DNA of 64,000 nucleotides from Escherichia coli (GTDB lineage Bacteria; Pseudomonadota; Gammaproteobacteria; Enterobacterales; Enterobacteriaceae): NCBI RefSeq assembly GCF_024502345.1, contig NZ_JALDNN010000003.1; one strand, 5' to 3'. Shown piece by piece: positions 58,404 to 64,000 of this stretch (position 1 is its first letter; each line of letters starts with the position of its first letter). The notes under the pieces were generated by a model. It saw only the letters and a program-made list of their open reading frames with translations, ran no database searches and was not told where the DNA came from. The position numbers and the translations under genes were made by a program.

Positions 58404-58470
58404 CACCTGTGGGATGCAAATAAAGGTTCATCCGTATAAATAAAGTATCATCCGTATAAATAAAGTTTCA
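58404..58470 (+). repeat. Three tandem roughly 20-bp direct repeats (AAATAAAG-N-TCATCC-like) at the Tn7-like left end; candidate TnsB binding sites
   Basis: GCAAATAAAGGTTCATCCGTAT / AAATAAAGTATCATCCGTAT / AAATAAAGTTTCATTCTGAG read directly from the sequence. Confidence 0.5.
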
Positions 58471-58527
58471 TTCTGAGCCTGCATCCGCTATGTTGAGGTC
58501 ATCGACACAGCGGGGGCAGGCTTTCTC

Positions 58528-59355
58528 ATGTCTGGAACATTCAAGGGGCTGACCCAGGCCCAGATCGATAGAAGGCTCAAGGACGGGCGTGGTCAAGGCC
58601 AGGGATCAGACTACAAGCCGTTCATCTACACAAGGGACGTGTCCTCGCTGGGTCGCTCCCACCGCCTGCCTGGCAGCAAGACCCGGCGTTTACACCATCT
58701 TCTATCCGATCTTGAACTGGCCATCTTCCTGACCTTGGATCGGTCTCCCCATGTCACCGATATCCGTGAACAGTTTCCGATGCGGGTCGAAGATACGGTG
58801 CGCATCGCCGAGGAGCTTGGCCTGCCCCACGGTTGTTACAAGGGTACCCCGCAGGTACTGACCAGCGACTTTCTGGTGGATTTCGAAGATCCTCAGCGCC
58901 CGAGCATCGCGATTCAGGCCAAGTACAGTACCGACCTGCAGAAGCCTGAAGTTATCGAGAGGCTTGAGCTTGAAAGGCGCTACTGGCAGGAAAAAGGTAT
59001 TCCCTGGGTCATCGTTACGGAGCGCGAGGTATCCAAGGTGGCATTTGCCAATATCCAATGGCTCTATCCTGCCCATGCTGAAGGCGACATCGCTCAGGAC
59101 GATCTCGCCCATTACCAGCAGCTGTTTCTGCTCGAGTTTCAGCGTCACCCAGACCGGAAGCTGACCGCTATTGCCCAAGGACTGGATACCTCCGGCCAGC
59201 TGGAGGCCGGTCAGGCGCTCTATTGGCTACGCCAGTTGCTGGCCCGGCACTGTTTCCTTTTCGATCTTGACACTCCTTACCGGGAGCTGAAGCCGAAAGA
59301 CCTGGTTGCCAACTCTCATCAAATGCATCAGGAGCTGAGCAGTGTTGCCCGTTAA
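58528..59355 (+). CDS. tnsA: TnsA-like transposase endonuclease subunit
   Basis: QIDRRLKDGRGQGQGSDYKPFIYTRDVSSLGRSHRL...HHLLSDLELAIFL...LELERRYWQEKGIPW is collinear with Tn7 TnsA. Confidence 0.85.
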   Translation: MSGTFKGLTQAQIDRRLKDGRGQGQGSDYKPFIYTRDVSSLGRSHRLPGSKTRRLHHLLSDLELAIFLTLDRSPHVTDIREQFPMRVEDTVRIAEELGLPHGCYKGTPQVLTSDFLVDFEDPQRPSIAIQAKYSTDLQKPEVIERLELERRYWQEKGIPWVIVTEREVSKVAFANIQWLYPAHAEGDIAQDDLAHYQQLFLLEFQRHPDRKLTAIAQGLDTSGQLEAGQALYWLRQLLARHCFLFDLDTPYRELKPKDLVANSHQMHQELSSVAR

Positions 59356-61429
59356 TCAGGTGTTCCGGATGGGGGAACTGCGAAAGCGCCTGCTTTGGTC
59401 CGGTACCGAGCAGGCAATCTGGATCGATATCGATTCGGACACGGCGTTGCCCGAACCGATATCGATTGTAGAGCTGGAGCGTCTGATCATGGAGCGGGAG
59501 CTGGAGAGCATTGCCGATCCCTTCGAGGAAACAGTCCTACGGGAGGTTGAGGAAGGTTCCCTTGATCAGCAGAAGCGTGATGAAGCTTGGGGAATGCTGG
59601 CGGATTTTGTGCACAACCCCCAGCTTTTCGTGCGGCGCCCCAGAGGGCTCATTGTCAGAGGCATCATGGAGCGCCATGGTGTCACCAATCAGACGGTGTA
59701 TAGGTTACTGAGGCGCTACTGGCAGCGAGGCATGTGCAGGAATGCCCTCTTGCCGGACTATGTCAACTCGGGCGCCCGTGGCAAGCGCAGAAAGCCGAAC
59801 CAGGCCAAGCTGGGCAGGCCCAGAGTGGTGATGGAGGGGAAAGGGAGCAATGTCACGCCGGACATCGAGCGCATTTTTCGCCGGGTCATCGAGGAACGTT
59901 TGCTCAAGGAAAAACATCCGTCCATTCCTGATGCCTACGCCGCCGGGCTGAATCTGCTCCGTGCTGTTCTGACGGAGCTGCCGACCTCCGAACTGCCTAC
60001 ATTGGGGCAGTTCCGTTACTTCTATGGGCGCGAATATCACTTCACCGACACCTTGCCATGCAGGGTGTCCGCAGTGGATTTTGCCAAGGACTTCCGACCG
60101 CTCAGCAGTACATCGACGACCGAGGCACTGGGGCCAGGATACCGCTACCAGATCGATGCCACCATCGCCGATATCTATCTGGTTTCAGAACATGATCGCA
60201 GCCTTATCGTCGGCAGGCCTGTCGTTTACATGGTGATCGACGTGTTCAGCCGCATGGTCGTTGGTATGTACGTCGGATTCGAGGGACCTTCCTGGGTCAG
60301 TGCCATGGTGGCATTGGCCAACACGGTCGCCGACAAGGTTGAGTATTGCCGCCAGTATAGCGTGGAGATCGATGCCAGCGACTGGCCGGTCAAAGGCTTG
60401 CCGGATGTGGTGCTGGCCGATAAGGGCGAACTGAATGGCACCAAGGTGGAAGCATTTTCCCAAGCCTTCGGCGTTCGCATCGAGAATGCACCGGCCAGGC
60501 GAGGAGATGCCAAGGGGATCGTCGAGCGTTATTTCCGGACGGTGCAGGAGCGTTTCAAGCCCTATGCCAGCGGTGTGGTCGAGGACACCACCAGCCGGAA
60601 GCGGGGTGGCCACGACTACAGACTTGATGCCAGTCTGACCTTGCCCGAGTTCACCCAGATCATCATTGCCGGCATCCTCTACCACAACAACTTTCATACC
60701 TTGAGCAAATACGACAGAACCTCTGGTATGCCGGGCGATCTGCCAGCCATCCCGGTCATGCTGTGGAACTGGGGCTTGGCCAACTTGACCGGCCGGTTAC
60801 GTACTGCGCCCGAGGAGCTGGTGCGGATAAATCTCTTGCCCCATGAGTCGGCCACGGTTTCGGAGCTGGGAATCAGACTGTTCGGCTGCTTCTACACCTG
60901 CCAGGAAGCAATCAGGGAGGGTTGGTTTCACCGAGGCCAGGGGCGCCGGCCGACAGGGGTAACGGTCGCATACGATCCGCGTAGCGCCGACCACATCTAC
61001 CTGCGGCCGTCCAATAGTCTCAAGGACTACTGGGTTTGCGATCTTGCCGACCGCAGTCGACGCTTCAGGGGGATGACCTTCTGGGATGTCTGGCTGCTGT
61101 CCAGAGAGGAACGGCGTAGCGATACCAACGCGGCGGCGGAAGCTTTGGTAGAGAGAGGCAATCTTCTGAAGCAGATCGAGTCCATCGTTGCCCAGGCAGA
61201 GGATGCCAGTCCGCTCAAAACGGGTATGACCACGAAGGATCTGGGAACCCAGATCCGCGAGAACAAGCAGCAGGAAAAGCGCCAGGAACGCCAGAAAACA
61301 GCATTCAAACCGGATAAAGCACAGCAGGAAAAGCCAGCCGAGGTGATCCCACTGCGGGGCGAGAAGCAGGAAGATTATGCCTTCCCAGATCTCAGTGACC
61401 TGATATTCAAGGAGGAAGAGGATGACTGA
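59342..61429 (+). CDS. tnsB: TnsB-like DDE transposase
   Basis: YRLLRRYWQRG, LRQFRYFY, YQIDATIADIYLV, VIDVFSRM and RRGDAKGIVE are collinear with Tn7 TnsB; apparent GTG start overlapping the tnsA end. Confidence 0.85.
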   Translation: MLPVNQVFRMGELRKRLLWSGTEQAIWIDIDSDTALPEPISIVELERLIMERELESIADPFEETVLREVEEGSLDQQKRDEAWGMLADFVHNPQLFVRRPRGLIVRGIMERHGVTNQTVYRLLRRYWQRGMCRNALLPDYVNSGARGKRRKPNQAKLGRPRVVMEGKGSNVTPDIERIFRRVIEERLLKEKHPSIPDAYAAGLNLLRAVLTELPTSELPTLGQFRYFYGREYHFTDTLPCRVSAVDFAKDFRPLSSTSTTEALGPGYRYQIDATIADIYLVSEHDRSLIVGRPVVYMVIDVFSRMVVGMYVGFEGPSWVSAMVALANTVADKVEYCRQYSVEIDASDWPVKGLPDVVLADKGELNGTKVEAFSQAFGVRIENAPARRGDAKGIVERYFRTVQERFKPYASGVVEDTTSRKRGGHDYRLDASLTLPEFTQIIIAGILYHNNFHTLSKYDRTSGMPGDLPAIPVMLWNWGLANLTGRLRTAPEELVRINLLPHESATVSELGIRLFGCFYTCQEAIREGWFHRGQGRRPTGVTVAYDPRSADHIYLRPSNSLKDYWVCDLADRSRRFRGMTFWDVWLLSREERRSDTNAAAEALVERGNLLKQIESIVAQAEDASPLKTGMTTKDLGTQIRENKQQEKRQERQKTAFKPDKAQQEKPAEVIPLRGEKQEDYAFPDLSDLIFKEEEDD

Positions 61430-63032
61430 AGAATTCCAGCGCGGAGTCATTCCCCTGGCGCGTTACCAGGAGCAGCAGCTTCCCGAGTATCAGGACAATC
61501 CGCTCATCAGCGCATTGCCTCCGATTCCTGATCTGCAGGAGGTGGTCGATCTATTGCAGCAGCTTCCCGGTTTCGAGCCGCAGGAGGCGCTTCTGGATGG
61601 TCGGCTCAGGGCACATGCGATTGCCCGCCTGTTGCACGGCTTCTTCCAGCCGCTGAGCCATCACTTGGAGCTGGAGAGCAAGATCAGCCTGATGATCCGT
61701 CAAGGGTACATCGGTCGGAATCCGGCCAGCGGTGCCTGGTATGCGCACCTGCAGAATGGCTATCGCCGTGTCGAGGAGGAGGATCTGGATGCGGCGGTGT
61801 ACCAGAGTGTCTCCTCTACGGCCAACAGCCTGTCGCTGTTCGGCTGCTCCGGTTGCGGCAAGACGCGCACGCTGGAGCGGATTCTGGGCATGTACCCCCA
61901 AGCTCTCCATCACCCTGATTACGACATCACCCAACTGGTCTACCTGAAGATCGACTGCCCAATTGACGGTGACTTGGATGAGCTGTGCCTGAGCTTCTTC
62001 AACGAAGTAGACAAGATCCTGGGTACCCACTACAGCCGTAGCCACGGACGCAAGAAGCTGGGTACCAAACGTCTGCTGGCATCCATGTGCCAGCTGGCCA
62101 ATCTGCACACGCTCGGAGTGCTGATCATCGACGAGGTTCAGAACCTCAACGAGGCACGCTCCGGTGGTGCCGAAAAAATGCACAATTTCTTCGTGTCGCT
62201 GGTGAACACCATCGGTGTTCCGATCATTCAGGTCGGCACCCACCGGGCCAGCAAGTTCTTCCAGCGCACGTTCCGGGCTGCTCGGCGGGTCTCCGGGTTG
62301 GGCAGCATCCGCTGGGATAGGTTGCCTCGGGACGAGCATTGGAAGCGTCTGTTGAAGCGGCTTTGGAAGTATCAGTGGCTGCGAAATGCGGCGCCGCTGG
62401 ATGATGAACTGGAGGCTACGATGTACGACCTCACCCAAGGGGTCATGGACATCGTCATCAAGCTGTTCGCGCTGGCGCAGATCCGGGCGATAGTGACAGG
62501 TGTCGAGTGCATTAAGCCGCTGTTGCTGCGCAGGGTTTTCGAGGACGAGTTCAAACCGGTCCATCCGATGCTGGCGGCCTTGCGGAGCGGTAGGCCCGAG
62601 CTGATCGCCAAATATGACGACCTGCTGATGCCAGAGATCGAGGGACGGTTGCTGACCCTGACTCGCTCTCTGGATAGCGTCCCCCAACCTAAACCACCGG
62701 CCCCTCCGGCTGATGACAAGGCAAAGCGGTTGGCCGCCCTGCTCGAAGGTATGGAAATCCCGAGGGACATCGCCATTCCCATGGCCGATGAATTGTTGGC
62801 GGAGAATCCGGACATCCCGCTGGCGGCCCTGATTCACAAGGCCACGGCCTACCTCGCGCAGGACGCTCCCAAGAGGCCCGGCATTTCCAGAGTTAAGCGG
62901 ACGGAGTGGGGGTGCCTATCCGAGGAGGATCTGCGCCGACGTTATGCCGATGGGCCTGAAAGCGAGGCCTATGACAGATTCAAGCAGGCTGGCTTGATCC
63001 TCGATCTACGGCCTCTGCTGAGAGCGAGCTGA
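61422..63032 (+). CDS. tnsC: TnsC-like AAA+ transposition regulator
   Basis: GCSGCGKT Walker A, VYLKIDCP, LGVLIIDEVQNL and LTQGVMDIVIKLF are collinear with Tn7 TnsC. Confidence 0.85.
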   Translation: MTEEFQRGVIPLARYQEQQLPEYQDNPLISALPPIPDLQEVVDLLQQLPGFEPQEALLDGRLRAHAIARLLHGFFQPLSHHLELESKISLMIRQGYIGRNPASGAWYAHLQNGYRRVEEEDLDAAVYQSVSSTANSLSLFGCSGCGKTRTLERILGMYPQALHHPDYDITQLVYLKIDCPIDGDLDELCLSFFNEVDKILGTHYSRSHGRKKLGTKRLLASMCQLANLHTLGVLIIDEVQNLNEARSGGAEKMHNFFVSLVNTIGVPIIQVGTHRASKFFQRTFRAARRVSGLGSIRWDRLPRDEHWKRLLKRLWKYQWLRNAAPLDDELEATMYDLTQGVMDIVIKLFALAQIRAIVTGVECIKPLLLRRVFEDEFKPVHPMLAALRSGRPELIAKYDDLLMPEIEGRLLTLTRSLDSVPQPKPPAPPADDKAKRLAALLEGMEIPRDIAIPMADELLAENPDIPLAALIHKATAYLAQDAPKRPGISRVKRTEWGCLSEEDLRRRYADGPESEAYDRFKQAGLILDLRPLLRAS

Positions 63033-63033
63033 C

Positions 63034-64000
63034 ATGTACTTCCCCAGGCTCTACCCGGACGAACTGCTTTACAGCGGTATTGCCCGGTGCCGGGTACATC
63101 TGGGGATAGGCAGCCACAAGACCTTGCTGCACATGCTTTTCGGTGACAGCAAGGTTGCCGCGATCACCGATCTGCCCACACACCTGACTGCGTTGGCGAA
63201 CAACACGGGCTTGGATGCGGAAGGCATGATCCTGAATCACACGCTGTTCCCGCTCTATGCCCCTTTCATTCCGCCGGAGCGCCGTACCGATCTTTTTCAG
63301 GCCATGCTTGCTCCCGACCGGCCGACGATTGGTCTGTCTGGGGCCTCGACGGCCTTGGTCAAGTGGCCCGATTGGCTGCGTTACTGCCCGATCTGCTTTG
63401 AAGATATGGCTGCGCGCTACGGTGAACCCTACTGGCGGCGCAGCTGGCAGATTCAAGGGATAGATGCCTGTCCCGAGCATGGCTGTCAGCTCCTGAACTC
63501 ACCTATCCCGTTCCGTCGAGCGCAGCGGCACGAGTTTCATACAGCCTCTCCACTGTTTCTGCCCCGTGATCTTCGCGTGAGTCCCGTGGGCGAAGAGGCT
63601 ATCAGGCTCGCCAAGGCTGCTATGCAGCTGCTGGCGCTCGAAGAGGTGCAATCGCCTGGCTACGGACGCTGGACCAACCTGTACCGGTACCTGGCTACAG
63701 AGTGCGGCGCCAGGCGAGGCCGGCAGGTCAGGGCTGAAGTCATCTGGGAGAAGATCCTGGCATCCCATCAAAGGGATTGGCTTGCTGCGAACGGTCTGCT
63801 GACATCCGGAGAGCCTCCACCTTGGCTGTTGGCGATGTTCAGGAAGCATCGCAAGGGATTCAGTGCGCTGCAGCATCTGATCGTCTGGACCAGCCTGCGC
63901 CCTGGCCAGCATGCTGGCGAGCTGATCAGCGAGGCGAAGACTCGCCAGGTCGACCTTGCCTCCGAGCGGTCAGTGCAGCTGCTCCCTGCTGAGTTTGAGC
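63034..64000 (+). CDS. tnsD: TnsD-like target-site selector (3'-truncated by the window end)
   Basis: N-terminus MYFPRLYPDELLYSGIARC...LFPLYAPF...RYCPICFEDMAARYGEPYWRRSWQ...CPEHG parallels Tn7 TnsD; not in the supplied ORF track because no stop codon is reached before the window end. Confidence 0.7.
   Translation, partial: MYFPRLYPDELLYSGIARCRVHLGIGSHKTLLHMLFGDSKVAAITDLPTHLTALANNTGLDAEGMILNHTLFPLYAPFIPPERRTDLFQAMLAPDRPTIGLSGASTALVKWPDWLRYCPICFEDMAARYGEPYWRRSWQIQGIDACPEHGCQLLNSPIPFRRAQRHEFHTASPLFLPRDLRVSPVGEEAIRLAKAAMQLLALEEVQSPGYGRWTNLYRYLATECGARRGRQVRAEVIWEKILASHQRDWLAANGLLTSGEPPPWLLAMFRKHRKGFSALQHLIVWTSLRPGQHAGELISEAKTRQVDLASERSVQLLPAEFE

Larger units (their letters stand above)
58398..64000 (+). 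mobile_element. Tn7-like transposon, left end plus tnsABCD core (continues beyond the window)
   Basis: Terminal TGTGGG at 58398 as in Tn7 ends, tandem TnsB-site-like repeats, then tnsA-tnsB-tnsC-tnsD in canonical order with overlapping stop/start codons; clearly more GC-rich than the upstream DNA. Confidence 0.75.

Noticed and set aside
58034-58423. 129-aa ORF ending inside the Tn7-like left end
   Set aside because: Its last codons are Tn7-end sequence, so at best it is a gene truncated by the insertion; no homology recognised and no internal support.
61551-62837. 428-aa minus-strand ORF inside tnsC
   Set aside because: It is antisense to a well-supported TnsC coding sequence in GC-rich DNA, where long spurious ORFs are expected; no recognisable motifs.

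Overview
This window looks like a mosaic segment of a large conjugative plasmid, with no rRNA, tRNA or CRISPR array recognised. All calls rest on reading the six-frame translations and the DNA by eye; no database search was run. (1) 1-22 kb is AT-rich backbone: a ParB-like partition protein, a four-gene minus-strand operon of exported proteins, a ParM-like actin ATPase with a candidate ParR, then F-type-like mating-pair genes (S26 signal peptidase, TrbC/TraW-like fusion, TraU, Cys-rich TraN), a 1435-aa secreted protein and a UvrD-like helicase. The dual partition modules, the TrbC/TraW fusion and an Hha-like gene are consistent with an IncHI-type (R27-like) backbone, which is inference. (2) 22-37 kb is a long unidirectional block of mostly unknown genes, opened by a cluster of five hairpins; it encodes an OB-fold SSB-like protein, an AAA+ ATPase / vWA pair, a Toprim primase and five tandem paralogs, and nearly every cistron is preceded by a conserved GC-rich stem-loop plus an SD-sequestering hairpin. 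(3) 37-42.4 kb holds further unknown genes including a Tus-like protein. (4) 42.5-52.6 kb is an IS-bounded accessory mosaic: a 5'-truncated IS3-family element, intact IS26, an Mla/MCE-type ABC transporter operon, a YhaM/CyuA-like gene, a PLP-enzyme gene truncated by intact IS1, and a Cre-like recombinase. (5) 52.7-58.4 kb carries an Hha-family gene and unknown genes. (6) From 58398 to the window end is the left end of a GC-rich Tn7-like transposon (tnsA, tnsB, tnsC, partial tnsD). The strongest unexplained signal is a 13-bp palindrome, AAAAGT(A/T)ACTTTT, present at 14 loci and only in the backbone.
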